64,000 bases of DNA. Origin: an uncultured Oscillospiraceae bacterium. GTDB lineage: Bacteria > Bacillota > Clostridia > Christensenellales > Aristaeellaceae. The stretch lies in NCBI GenBank assembly GCA_964345895.1, contig CAYFSQ010000001.1, positions 6,456 to 70,455 of the forward strand. Direction: 5' to 3'. Each line of letters starts with the position of its first letter. Position 1 is the first letter of the stretch. The notes under the pieces are model-generated. The model made no database searches, was not told where the DNA came from, and saw nothing but the letters and a program-made list of their open reading frames with translations. Shown piece by piece: positions 17,691 through 27,156 of the stretch. The translations under genes and the position numbers were made by a program.

Positions 17691-18236
17691 ATGTTACACG
17701 AAATTGAAAAACAAGCCCGTCAGGCCATGGAAGAGCTTCTTGCCCAGGCAAAATTAATGCCAGGCCAGGTATTGGTTATTGGCTGTTCCACCAGTGAAAT
17801 TGTGGGCAACCGCATTGGGAAGGGGTCCAGCATGGAGGCGGCTCAGGCGGTGCTCAAGGGCATTGCCCAGCCCTTGCAAGAAGGGGGCATCCGCTTGGCG
17901 GCCCAGTGCTGCGAACACTTGAACCGCGCGCTGATTGTGGAAAGGGAAACGGCTGAAATACTTCAGCTGACCATGGTTAATGTTGTACCCCAGCCAGACG
18001 CCGGCGGATCCTTTCCGGTAACGGTATACAACCATATGCGCGACCCCGTCGCGGTGGAATATATTACGGCAGATGCGGGGATTGATATCGGCGGCACGCT
18101 GATTGGCATGCACCTAAGGCCTGTCGCCGTCCCTGTGCGGCTTAGCTTGAACCGCATCGGTGAAGCCCATATCCTGTGCGCCCGTACACGGCCTAAGTAT
18201 ATCGGCGGCCCCAGGGCAGCATATCTGGAGATGTAG
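17691..18236 (+). CDS. TIGR01440/DUF436 family protein
   Basis: Trimmed to ATG 17691 (AGGAGGGG upstream; TGgTATAAT at 17660-17668). VLVIGCSTSEIVGNRIGKGSS pattern. Confidence 0.7.
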   Translation: MLHEIEKQARQAMEELLAQAKLMPGQVLVIGCSTSEIVGNRIGKGSSMEAAQAVLKGIAQPLQEGGIRLAAQCCEHLNRALIVERETAEILQLTMVNVVPQPDAGGSFPVTVYNHMRDPVAVEYITADAGIDIGGTLIGMHLRPVAVPVRLSLNRIGEAHILCARTRPKYIGGPRAAYLEM

Positions 18237-18268
18237 AGAACCATGTTCAATCTGTTCAGAAACGAAAT

Positions 18269-18976
18269 GTGTCCACGATGACAAGGGCTCAAAGCACTGT
18301 GCATCCGCTGTATCCTAAAACAATGCTGGCACGGTTTTTAAGCCGTCCCAATCGCTTCATCGCCCATGTGGAAGCCGGGGGCGAAACGCTGGTTTGCCAT
18401 GTGAAAAACACGGGCAGATGCAAGGAACTGCTGCTGCCGGGGGCCTTGGTGGTCATCGCCCCAGCCCAAAATCCCCTGCGCAAAACGAAGTACGACCTGG
18501 TGGCCGTCTACAAAGGGGATATGCTGATTAACATTGACAGTCAAGCACCCAATGTGGTTGCATATGCATGGCTTAAGGAACAATATCCCGATGCCATTGT
18601 GAAAAGGGAGGCCGTGTTTGAGCATTCTCGGCTGGATTTCCATGTATCCAAGGAAGGGTTCAGCCTATATGTGGAAGTGAAGGGCTGCACCCTGGAGGAA
18701 GATGGATTGGCTCTTTTTCCCGATGCACCGACGGAGCGCGGGGTCAAGCATCTGAATACCCTGGTGTCCTGTGTACAGCAGGGGCATCAGGCCATGGCAT
18801 TGTTTGTTATACAGATGCGTCCTGTACGGTTTTTTTCGCCCCATGATGCCATGCATCCCGGCTTTGGGGAAGCCTTGCGCCGTGCTGCGGCTGCCAATGT
18901 ACGGCTTGCAGCCTACGATTGTCTGGTGCAGCCGGAGGGGCTGGCCATTCATGCCCCGGTACCTGTGCTGTTATAA
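18269..18976 (+). CDS. sfsA: Sugar fermentation stimulation protein SfsA (DNA/RNA nuclease-like)
   Basis: FLSRPNRFIAHV...CHVKNTGRCKELL pattern. The start is uncertain (GTG 18269, ATG 18278 or ATG 18323; none has a clear SD). Confidence 0.8.
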   Translation: MSTMTRAQSTVHPLYPKTMLARFLSRPNRFIAHVEAGGETLVCHVKNTGRCKELLLPGALVVIAPAQNPLRKTKYDLVAVYKGDMLINIDSQAPNVVAYAWLKEQYPDAIVKREAVFEHSRLDFHVSKEGFSLYVEVKGCTLEEDGLALFPDAPTERGVKHLNTLVSCVQQGHQAMALFVIQMRPVRFFSPHDAMHPGFGEALRRAAAANVRLAAYDCLVQPEGLAIHAPVPVLL

Positions 18977-19710
18977 TGCTGGAAGGAGATAAACTGGTGG
19001 ATACACAGCGTGACAACATCAAATTTCTTGCGGACAATGTGGCGGAGATACGCCACCAAATTGCGCAGGCTGCCAAGGAAGCGGGCCGAAGGGCAGAGGA
19101 TATATTGCTGTGCTCCGTTTGCAAGAGCCAGCCTGCTGAGCTGATTCTGGCAAGCGCTTCCCTTCCCATCGACTTGTTTGGCGAGAACCGCATGCAGGAG
19201 CTGGTCAGCCACCACGAAGCGGGCTTATATGGGCAGAAACCCTGCCACTTCGTGGGCCATCTGCAAACCAACAAGGTGCGCAGGGTGGTGGGGCTTGTCA
19301 GCATGATTCAGAGCGTCAACAGCATCCGCCTGCTGGACAGCATCAACCTGGAAGCTGAAAAACAGGGGATTGTGCAGGATATCCTGATGGAAATCAATAT
19401 TGGTGACGAAGAAACCAAGATGGGCGCATCGGAGGAAGCGCTATGGCCCATGCTGGACAACGCCCTTGCTAAAAAGAATGTCAGGCTGCGGGGGCTGATG
19501 GCCATACCGCCTGCCTTTGACAATTCGCCGGAAAGCCGCCGGTACTTTGCTGCCATGCGCAGCCTGCTGCAAAAAGCGCAGCAGCATGTGGGACAGGCAG
19601 CAACGCTGGATACCCTGTCCATGGGCATGACGGACAGCTACCTTGCAGCCATTTTAGAAGGGGCAACCCTCGTCCGGGTAGGGCGGGGCATCTACGGCGA
19701 GCGGGTATAA
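18976..19710 (+). CDS. yggS: YggS family pyridoxal-phosphate homeostasis protein
   Basis: Trimmed to ATG 18976, overlapping the sfsA stop. LCSVCKSQP...FGENRMQEL...HFVGHLQTNK...LSMGMTDSY pattern. Confidence 0.85.
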   Translation: MLEGDKLVDTQRDNIKFLADNVAEIRHQIAQAAKEAGRRAEDILLCSVCKSQPAELILASASLPIDLFGENRMQELVSHHEAGLYGQKPCHFVGHLQTNKVRRVVGLVSMIQSVNSIRLLDSINLEAEKQGIVQDILMEINIGDEETKMGASEEALWPMLDNALAKKNVRLRGLMAIPPAFDNSPESRRYFAAMRSLLQKAQQHVGQAATLDTLSMGMTDSYLAAILEGATLVRVGRGIYGERV

Positions 19711-19750
19711 TTAAGTGTAGAAGCAACCAAAACATTTACAGGAGGATACG

Positions 19751-20089
19751 ATGGACAAGATACTTTTTTATGGCATGACGGGGGAAAAGATGTGCTTTCA
19801 GCATGTGCTGATGAATGCCCTGGATTTACACGGCGATGGGAAGACGGTGCACATCGTCTTTGAAGGCGCGTCGGTGAAGCTGGTTCCCCAGTTCGAAAAG
19901 GAAGAGAACGCATTGTACAAAAAGGCGAAGGAGCTCGGGCTCATTGCCGGCGTCTGCCTTGCCTGTTCCAAGGTACTGGGCGTGTTTGACGAGGTGGAAA
20001 AGAGCGGCCTGTCCCTGCTGGATGACATGAACGGCCACGCGGGCATGAAGCGTTTTATCAACTCGGGCTATCATGTGATCAGCATGTAA
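19751..20089 (+). CDS. DsrE/DsrF-like family small protein
   Basis: 112 aa. Alternating beta-alpha pattern with conserved Cys (CLACSKV) reminiscent of the DsrE-like fold. The assignment is tentative. Confidence 0.45.
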   Translation: MDKILFYGMTGEKMCFQHVLMNALDLHGDGKTVHIVFEGASVKLVPQFEKEENALYKKAKELGLIAGVCLACSKVLGVFDEVEKSGLSLLDDMNGHAGMKRFINSGYHVISM

Positions 20090-20104
20090 AAGCAAGGAGG
20101 GCTT

Positions 20105-20635
20105 ATGGTGGCTACTACCATATATCTTTCTCCCCTTGGGCCTATGCTGCTGCGCAGCCATGGCGAGGCAATCTCCGGCCTGTGGTTTGCAGGGGCGAAG
20201 TACGCCCCGCCGCAGCCTGCAGAAACCGTAGAAATAGACGCATTGCCTGTCTTTTTACAAGCCAGGGACTGGTTGGATCGCTATTTCAGGGGACAAAACC
20301 CAGGTGCTCTGCCGCCCCTTCACCTTGAGGGCAGCGCTTTTCGCCAAGCAGTATGGGCTGTGCTGCAAAGCATTCCATATGGTCATACGATGACCTATGG
20401 CGAGATTGCTCAACACCTTGAAAAGAAGCTGGGCAGACCCATGTCGGCCCAGGCGGTGGGGGGAGCCGTGGGACATAACCCCGTGTCTATTCTGGTGCCT
20501 TGCCACCGTGTGGTGGGGGCAGATGGAAGCCTTACAGGCTATGCAGGGGGGATGGATAAAAAGATCTCCCTGCTGACCCTGGAGAAGACAGACATGCAGG
20601 GTCTGTATCCCCCCAAGAGCGGCACCGCCATATAA
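20105..20635 (+). CDS. ogt: Methylated-DNA--protein-cysteine methyltransferase
   Basis: Active-site PCHRVV motif and TYGEIA helix. Confidence 0.9.
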   Translation: MVATTIYLSPLGPMLLRSHGEAISGLWFAGAKYAPPQPAETVEIDALPVFLQARDWLDRYFRGQNPGALPPLHLEGSAFRQAVWAVLQSIPYGHTMTYGEIAQHLEKKLGRPMSAQAVGGAVGHNPVSILVPCHRVVGADGSLTGYAGGMDKKISLLTLEKTDMQGLYPPKSGTAI

Positions 20636-20636
20636 G

Positions 20637-20667
20637 AAAAAGCCTCTTCCACTGGGAAGAGGCTTTA
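20637..20667. terminator. Bidirectional terminator (ogt / pirin convergent)
   Basis: AAAA-AGCCTCTTCC-actg-GGAAGAGGCT-TTAT. Confidence 0.75.
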
Positions 20668-20678
20668 TTCATAACCGC

Positions 20679-21524
20679 TTAGTTTTCGTAATCGACGCCG
20701 TCCTTCAGGAAAGTGCCGTTGCGCAGTTCAGAGAAGGCGTGGCGCAGTTCGGTGTCGGTATTCATCACGATGGGGACGCCCCAGGAGATTGGTTCGTCCA
20801 GCCGCTTGCTGGAAACAAACAGAATTTCAATGGGGGTATCCTGGGCCTGGATGTGAAGGGTGGTGCCATTGGTGGTTAAAGCGGCGGTTTTCTCGGCAAT
20901 CGGTGTCCCGGCGACCACAGCATTCCCCAACAGAGTAAACACAAACGCGCTGTTATCTTCCGGTACGTCCAAGGTGACGGAAGCGCCGGCATCCAGGTGG
21001 ATGTCATAGTAGTCCAGCGGCTGATAAGCGCTCTGAAAGCCCTTGTGATCCTTGTAAGAGCCGGCCAGCAGACGCAGTTTGCCGCCCTCCAAGGGGATTT
21101 CCTCGATGGTTTCCTTCTTGATGGCATGGTAGTTCGGCTTGGCCATCTTATGGCGGGCAGGCATGTTCAACCACAGCTGTACCCCCAGCATGCGGGGGCC
21201 GGCGGGCAGCTTTTCCTCGTGCATGATGCCGGAACCGGCAGTCATCCACTGCACTTCGCCATCGGTTACCGTATCCTCATTGCCAATGCTATCCCGATGG
21301 GTCATGGCGCCGGAGGACATGAAACTCACCGTCTCGATGCCCCGATGGGGGTGCATGGGAAACCCGGCGATATAGTCCTGGGGGTTGGTGCTGTCAAAGG
21401 AATCCAGCATTAAAAAGGGGTCGTAGGCATCCACGGTGCCGTGGCCTAACACGCGAACCAGTTTGACGCCTGCCCCGTCTATGGCAGGGACGCCCCGTAC
21501 TTGTTGTTTAATTGTTCTCTCCAT
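20679..21524 (-). CDS. Pirin family protein
   Basis: GFPMHPHRGIETVSF...QWMTAGSGIMHEE, bicupin pirin motifs. Confidence 0.9.
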   Translation of the reverse strand: MERTIKQQVRGVPAIDGAGVKLVRVLGHGTVDAYDPFLMLDSFDSTNPQDYIAGFPMHPHRGIETVSFMSSGAMTHRDSIGNEDTVTDGEVQWMTAGSGIMHEEKLPAGPRMLGVQLWLNMPARHKMAKPNYHAIKKETIEEIPLEGGKLRLLAGSYKDHKGFQSAYQPLDYYDIHLDAGASVTLDVPEDNSAFVFTLLGNAVVAGTPIAEKTAALTTNGTTLHIQAQDTPIEILFVSSKRLDEPISWGVPIVMNTDTELRHAFSELRNGTFLKDGVDYEN

Positions 21525-21703
21525 GATAATAACCCCCTTATCATGTTTAATATACCCATCCTTTCAGAATTAAAACGCCCTTAACCAGCAGTTTGATTTG
21601 TGTAAAATCCAGGTAAAATACTGGCTAATCATGGGTGGAAGGCTTGAAAGACCACTTCGTATCCGTTAAGATATTTTCAGAAAAATATACTGGGGGGACA
21701 GCC

Positions 21704-23206
21704 ATGAGAACAGAGGATGCACGCAGGCTGCTGTGGCAGCTGACAGAGCTGCGCAAGCAAGTGCAGGAGGATGGGGCAGCCCTGTATAAAGAATGGAAGC
21801 CAGATATTAAGCGTGAAACCTTTGCTTACAGCGCTCAAAACCTGGCGGAGTATGTGGCGCTGCGGCGCCATGACTTGAGCGAACTGCAGTGGGAGCTGAT
21901 TCCCGTTGGGCTTTCCTCCTTGGGCCGCCTGGAAGCCCGGGTAATGCCCACCCTGGACTCAGTGGTGGCATCCTGTGCCCGCATCGCCGGGGAACAGAGC
22001 CCCGCCAGCTACCATATTACAGAAGACTTTCTGCAGGGAGAAGAAACCCTGGAGCGCAATACCGAGGAGGTGCTGGGGCCAGAGCCTGAGAAGCGCTATA
22101 CCCGCATCATGGTTACCCTGCCTACCGAGGCCGCCTATGATCCCCTCATTGTGGATGGCCTGGTTGCCTGCGGCATGGAGATTGCCCGCATTAATTGCTC
22201 CCACGACAACGAGAACCTGTGGGGGATGATGATTCGCAATATCCGCGATGCGGCTGCCAAGCACCGCCGCAATGTGCGCATCAGCATGGAGATTCCCGGC
22301 CCCAAAATCCGGATTGACCGCACAATGACCACCATGCGCAAACCCCGCGTCGTGGTGGGGGATCATATCTACTTCACCGGCAACAAGCTGATGTACCTGC
22401 CAAGCGGCATTCAGCTGGCACTGTGCTGCAGCGTTCCGGAAATTATTGACTACCTGACGGTGGGGGAAGTGGTGCTGATGGATGACGGCCATGTGGAAAC
22501 CACCGTAGAAGAGCGCTTGGATGATGGCGTCATTTTAAGGGTCACCCGGGTCGTCCGGGAAAAGGGGGTAACCCTAAGAGCAGAAAAGGGTATCAACTTC
22601 CCCGGAATCGATTATAAAATTCCCCTTTTGTCCCAGAGGGATGAAGAAATCATGGACTTTGTCTGCAAGAATGCCGACATCGTCGGCTGCTCCTTTGTGC
22701 GGGACAGGGACGATGTAACCCTTTTGCTGGACGAAATCAACAAACGTATCAAAAAGAAGGATTCCATGCCTGTCATCATCAAGATTGAGACATCGGATTC
22801 CATGCGGATACTGCCCGAAATTCTGGTGACAGCCGCATCCCGGGTGTCCACTGCCATCATGATTGCCCGGGGGGATTTGGCGGTAGAGGTGGGGTATGCC
22901 AGGCTGTCTGAACTGCAGGAAGAGATTCTCTGGATCTGCGAAGCGGCCCATGTGCCCGTTATCTGGGCTACCCAGGTTGTTGAAACATTGGTAAAGACGG
23001 GCATCCCTACCAGGGCGGAGATTTCTGATGTCAGCCTGGCGGCCAAGTCGGAATGCGTCATGCTTAACAAGGGGGAACACATCAACCAGGCGGTGCTGTT
23101 TGTGGGGGATGTCCTGAGTAAGTTTGAAAAACATGTATATAAAAAGACGGCCATTTTGCGCAGGCTGACCATCGCCAGCGACCTGTTCAAGGAAGACCGT
23201 TTGTAA
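21704..23206 (+). CDS. Divergent pyruvate-kinase-family protein with N-terminal extension and no C-terminal regulatory domain
   Basis: Trimmed to ATG 21704. PK-barrel motifs are present but altered: TRIMVTLPTE, ARINCSHD, PGPKIRI, GCSFVR, IIKIETS, IARGDLAVEVG, WATQVVETL, PTRAEISDV, MLNKGEH. Confidence 0.75.
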   Translation: MRTEDARRLLWQLTELRKQVQEDGAALYKEWKPDIKRETFAYSAQNLAEYVALRRHDLSELQWELIPVGLSSLGRLEARVMPTLDSVVASCARIAGEQSPASYHITEDFLQGEETLERNTEEVLGPEPEKRYTRIMVTLPTEAAYDPLIVDGLVACGMEIARINCSHDNENLWGMMIRNIRDAAAKHRRNVRISMEIPGPKIRIDRTMTTMRKPRVVVGDHIYFTGNKLMYLPSGIQLALCCSVPEIIDYLTVGEVVLMDDGHVETTVEERLDDGVILRVTRVVREKGVTLRAEKGINFPGIDYKIPLLSQRDEEIMDFVCKNADIVGCSFVRDRDDVTLLLDEINKRIKKKDSMPVIIKIETSDSMRILPEILVTAASRVSTAIMIARGDLAVEVGYARLSELQEEILWICEAAHVPVIWATQVVETLVKTGIPTRAEISDVSLAAKSECVMLNKGEHINQAVLFVGDVLSKFEKHVYKKTAILRRLTIASDLFKEDRL

Positions 23207-23222
23207 GAAAAGGGTTCAATAT

Positions 23223-23249
23223 AAAAGCCGGGCAGCTGCCCGGCTTTTC
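23223..23249. terminator. Bidirectional terminator (PK-like / manA convergent)
   Basis: AAAAGCCGGGC-agct-GCCCGGCTTTT. Confidence 0.8.
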
Positions 23250-23257
23250 ATAATGGG

Positions 23258-24220
23258 TTATTCTTTCACAGGATAGCTGATCAGCAGGTGTTGCCCTGTC
23301 ATCTTTAAGGGGTATCCGTCGGCCGGCAGAAAGACCGTATCTCCGGGGGCAAGGTCCAGCATGCCTTCATCCCACTTGATGTGAGCTTTTTCGATGGCTG
23401 TCAGCATCCGGAAGCGTCGGCTGTCGGGCATGAGGACGGCATCTTCACAGTCGGTATACCGCTCTGTTACAAAAAACGGACAGGCCAGCAGCAGCTCCCG
23501 CTTGCCCTTTCCCGCTTCCAGGGAAAGGATATGGGGTACGGTGGCCTCCAGGCGGCTGTCCACATCGGTAACATCAAGGGCTTGATCAAGGTGCAGCTGC
23601 CGCTTGTTGCCTTGGGCATCCGTGCGCTCCCAGTCATAGAAGCGGTAGGTTACATCGCTGCTTTGCTGTATTTCGTACAGGACGATGCCACCGCCGATGG
23701 CGTGGACGGTGCCTGCGGGGATAAAGAAAGCATCCCCTTTTTTTACCGGCACAGAGCGCAGCAGGCTTTCCACCGTGGCACCTTCCAAGGAAGCTTCCCG
23801 CAGCTGTTCCTTTGTCACGTTTTCATTGACACCGTATATAATCCGGGCATCCTCCTGGGCGTCCAGAATAATCCATGCCTCGGTTTTCCCAAGCTTGTTT
23901 TCATTTTCCGCCGCATAGCTGTCGTCGGGGTGTACCTGCACGCTTAACTTATCCTTGGCTGCGATGAATTTCAGCAGCAGGGGGAATGTGCCGGTATGTT
24001 GCGTACCCACCAGCCTTGTGCCATAGCGGGCAATCAGCTCACCCAGGCTGCGGCCCTTTGCATCCATGCTGTTGAGGCCTTCAATGGCACTGACTTCCAG
24101 GCTTTCGCCTGTTCTGTCATCCGGAATATCCCTGTTAAACAAGGCACGCAGCTGGCTGCCTCCCCAGGGGGTGGCTTCGCCATAGCGATAGGCTGGCTGC
24201 ATGGGAATGGGGGCTAACAT
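23258..24220 (-). CDS. manA: Mannose-6-phosphate isomerase, class I
   Basis: Trimmed to ATG 24220 (AGGAG 5 nt upstream). YGEATPWGGS, SVQVHPDD, KTEAW and PAGTVHAIGGG motifs. Confidence 0.85.
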   Translation of the reverse strand: MLAPIPMQPAYRYGEATPWGGSQLRALFNRDIPDDRTGESLEVSAIEGLNSMDAKGRSLGELIARYGTRLVGTQHTGTFPLLLKFIAAKDKLSVQVHPDDSYAAENENKLGKTEAWIILDAQEDARIIYGVNENVTKEQLREASLEGATVESLLRSVPVKKGDAFFIPAGTVHAIGGGIVLYEIQQSSDVTYRFYDWERTDAQGNKRQLHLDQALDVTDVDSRLEATVPHILSLEAGKGKRELLLACPFFVTERYTDCEDAVLMPDSRRFRMLTAIEKAHIKWDEGMLDLAPGDTVFLPADGYPLKMTGQHLLISYPVKE

Positions 24221-24236
24221 AAGCGCTCCTTTCAGA

Positions 24237-24593
24237 TCACACAATGGCCTTGGTGGCGACGACGCTGACGCCGGTGCCGGCCACGTTTTCAATCAAAACA
24301 TCTCCAGGCAAAATGGGCATGCGCAGCTTTGCACTTAATATTTCCTGCATGCACTGGGATATCTTATCCTTAGGGATGGGGGACATGGTTTTGACGCTGA
24401 CGGGCATCTGGCTGCCCTCCACAGGGGCCACAGCCGTAATCATGCGCATGGGGGCAACGCATTCCTGGCGGGCGTAGGTATCTCCCCGCTTGCAGGCATT
24501 GTTTTCCACCATGGTTACTTCACCCTTTTCCAGCGTTACCGTCATGCGGCAGCCCACCGGGCAGGAGATACAGGTTATCTGTTGCTGTTCCAT
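24237..24593 (-). CDS. DUF1667 domain-containing protein
   Basis: ITCISCPVGCRMTV...ENNACKRGDTYARQE...P.KDK, typical DUF1667 Cys pattern. Confidence 0.8.
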   Translation of the reverse strand: MEQQQITCISCPVGCRMTVTLEKGEVTMVENNACKRGDTYARQECVAPMRMITAVAPVEGSQMPVSVKTMSPIPKDKISQCMQEILSAKLRMPILPGDVLIENVAGTGVSVVATKAIV

Positions 24594-24602
24594 GGCTTCT
24601 CC

Positions 24603-25970
24603 TTATGCTCCAGCCAGCTTTACGATGGCATAGGCGAATATCTTCATACTTTTATAGAGGGAATCCAGCAGCACATGCTCGTCCGCCTGGTGGGCAACCT
24701 CAGGGTCCCCGGGGAAGGAAGTACCAAAGGCGACGCCTTCCTCCAGCATCTTCGCGTAGGTACCGCCGCCGATGGCCAGGGCTTTCTTTTCAAGGCCCGT
24801 TACCTCGTGGTAGGCATCCAGCAGGGACTGTACCAGCTCGCTGTTTTCCGGTACATGGTGGGGGGCTTTGTCGATGGTCTGAATAATGTCCACACCGGGC
24901 AGGTGCTGCTTGATCATCTGCACCAGGTATACCCTGTCCGTCAGGATGGGGCAACGCATGTCCAGCGTAGCGTACAGGCTGTCTTCATCCACCCGGATAA
25001 TGCCCAGGTTGCATGTCAGCTTGCCTGAAAGCTTGTCCTCAACCATGGCGCCGATTCCCTCACCCCAGTAGGTGGTGCCGATGGTGTCTGCCAGCAGCTT
25101 GATGGGGCCTTCAGCGCCCAGATCCCGCAGGGTAATCAGCAGCTGACCAATGGCATTGCGCCCGCCCTGGGGATAGGCAGCGTGGCCGGGAATGCCCTCG
25201 GCGGTAATCTGCATGCCGCCTTCGGTTTTTTCGGCCTTCACGGGCCAACCATACTTCTTGCTGATGGCATCCGTTTTGGCAATCAGCTCTTCTCCGCCTT
25301 TTACCAAGGCGCTGGCGTTGCCCGGGATGACGTTCATCCTCTCGCCCGTTGCCCAGCGGATCACCTGCAAGCCTTCCTTGCTGGGCACAGCGTGGAGCTG
25401 CAGGCCCACCATGCCCTTTTCAATGTTGATGACGGGGTAGTCGGCATCGGGGCTAAAGCCCATGCGGGGCATGGTTTCCTTCTGCTTGTAATAGAGCATG
25501 CATTCCATGCCGCTCTCTTCGTCGCAGCCCAGTATCAACCGCACCTTGCGCTTGAGGGGAATGCCCGCCTTCTTCACCGCCAGCATGGCGTAAAGGGCAG
25601 CTACTGCCGGGCCTTTGTCATCGCTGGTGCCCCGGCCATACATCCGGCCATCCACAATCTCTGCGCCCAGGGGGTCCTTTGTCCACCCATCCCCCAGGGG
25701 CACCAGGTCCAGGTGGGCCAGAATGCCCAGGGCATCCTCATCCGCACCTTCGCCCATTTCGGCATGGCCGGCGTAGCCGTCCACATCCTTGGTGGTAAAG
25801 CCCATTTTTTTACTGTCTTCCAAGGCTTTGTCCAGCATGATACGCAATTCCTTGCCAAAGGGGGCGCCGGGGGCGGCGTCATCCCGTATGCTGGGAATGG
25901 CTATCCATTCCGTCAGCGTTTGAACCATGGGGGCTTTTAATTCATCCAGTATGCGTTTTAACTGATCCAT
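24603..25970 (-). CDS. pepV: M20-family dipeptidase (PepV/Sapep type)
   Basis: Trimmed to ATG 25970, directly after the upstream stop. HLDLVP, GRGTSDDKGP and CDEESG motifs. Confidence 0.85.
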   Translation of the reverse strand: MDQLKRILDELKAPMVQTLTEWIAIPSIRDDAAPGAPFGKELRIMLDKALEDSKKMGFTTKDVDGYAGHAEMGEGADEDALGILAHLDLVPLGDGWTKDPLGAEIVDGRMYGRGTSDDKGPAVAALYAMLAVKKAGIPLKRKVRLILGCDEESGMECMLYYKQKETMPRMGFSPDADYPVINIEKGMVGLQLHAVPSKEGLQVIRWATGERMNVIPGNASALVKGGEELIAKTDAISKKYGWPVKAEKTEGGMQITAEGIPGHAAYPQGGRNAIGQLLITLRDLGAEGPIKLLADTIGTTYWGEGIGAMVEDKLSGKLTCNLGIIRVDEDSLYATLDMRCPILTDRVYLVQMIKQHLPGVDIIQTIDKAPHHVPENSELVQSLLDAYHEVTGLEKKALAIGGGTYAKMLEEGVAFGTSFPGDPEVAHQADEHVLLDSLYKSMKIFAYAIVKLAGA

Positions 25971-25971
25971 C

Positions 25972-27153
25972 TTATTCTCCTTCCTTGTCCAGCACGGCCT
26001 TGGCGAAACGCTCAAGGCCTTCGATTAATTGGGCGCGGGGGCAGCCGAAGTTGATGCGCATGAAGCCCTGCCCCGCTTCTTTACCAAAGAAAGTGCCCGT
26101 GGTCAGCGCAACCTTGTGGGCATAACAGCGTTTTTCCAGGTCTTCATTGTTCTTTTCATAGGCGGATACATCCACCCATGCCAAAAAGGTGGCGTCGATG
26201 GGGGTAACATGGGCCTTGGGCAACAGCTTGTTCAAGGTATCTACAACTACCTGGCGGTTGTCGGATAAATAGTCCATTAGGCCATCCAGCCACGCATCTC
26301 CATGGGCATAGGCGGCCTCGGTGCCTGTTAAAGCAAACACATTGCCGCTTTCCACGCCATTGGCTGCCATGTGTTGCCTGAGCTTTTGCAATGTTTCCTC
26401 ATCTCGGCAGAACAGGTATGCCTGCTTCAGCCCTGCGATGTTGAAGGTTTTGCTGGCAGCCGTCATGCAGATGGTGGTAGCAGGGATGCCTTCCACCGCT
26501 AAAATGCTGGTAAAGCGCTGGGGCTTGTACACAAAGTCGCAGTGGATTTCGTCCACAGCCAGGTATGCGCCGTACTGGGTGCACAGGTCGCTGATACGCT
26601 TCAGCTCTTCCTTGGACCACAGGCGGGAAACGGGGTTGTGGGGGCTGCACACCATCACCAGCTTGATGCCCTGGCGCAGTTCCTCCTCAACCTTTGTAAA
26701 GTTGATATGATAGCGATGGGCATCATCCTGCTGTAAAGGCACCTCAACCAATGTACGCCCGCTGTCGTTGACAGCGAAAAAGAAAGGCCCGTACACCGGC
26801 GGCATAATCAGCACCCTGTCCTCAGGCGCGGTCAGCGCCATCACAGATGCCCGCAGACCTGAAACCACCGAGGGCATCATCAGCATTTCGCTGCGCTTGA
26901 TGGTTACCCCGTGGCGGCGCTGCCAAAAATGGATCACGGCGTTATCGCTTGCTTCGCTTACCATGGGGTAGCCATACACGGGGTGCTGCGCCCGCTCAGA
27001 TAAAGCCTTGGTAATGGCGGGGGCACAGGCAAAGTCCATATCCGCCACCCACAGGGGAATGCCCCCTTCGGGCAGCATCTCCCGGCTATCCCACTTGGCA
27101 CAGTCAGTGCCCACGCGGTTTAAGGGCTGCTCAAAAAAGTCCTTGTCAAACAT
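25972..27153 (-). CDS. patB: MalY/PatB family PLP-dependent C-S lyase (cystathionine beta-lyase type)
   Basis: NRVGTDCAKWD N-terminal hallmark and PLP-Lys region AASKTFNIAGL. Confidence 0.85.
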   Translation of the reverse strand: MFDKDFFEQPLNRVGTDCAKWDSREMLPEGGIPLWVADMDFACAPAITKALSERAQHPVYGYPMVSEASDNAVIHFWQRRHGVTIKRSEMLMMPSVVSGLRASVMALTAPEDRVLIMPPVYGPFFFAVNDSGRTLVEVPLQQDDAHRYHINFTKVEEELRQGIKLVMVCSPHNPVSRLWSKEELKRISDLCTQYGAYLAVDEIHCDFVYKPQRFTSILAVEGIPATTICMTAASKTFNIAGLKQAYLFCRDEETLQKLRQHMAANGVESGNVFALTGTEAAYAHGDAWLDGLMDYLSDNRQVVVDTLNKLLPKAHVTPIDATFLAWVDVSAYEKNNEDLEKRCYAHKVALTTGTFFGKEAGQGFMRINFGCPRAQLIEGLERFAKAVLDKEGE

Positions 27154-27156
27154 CCT

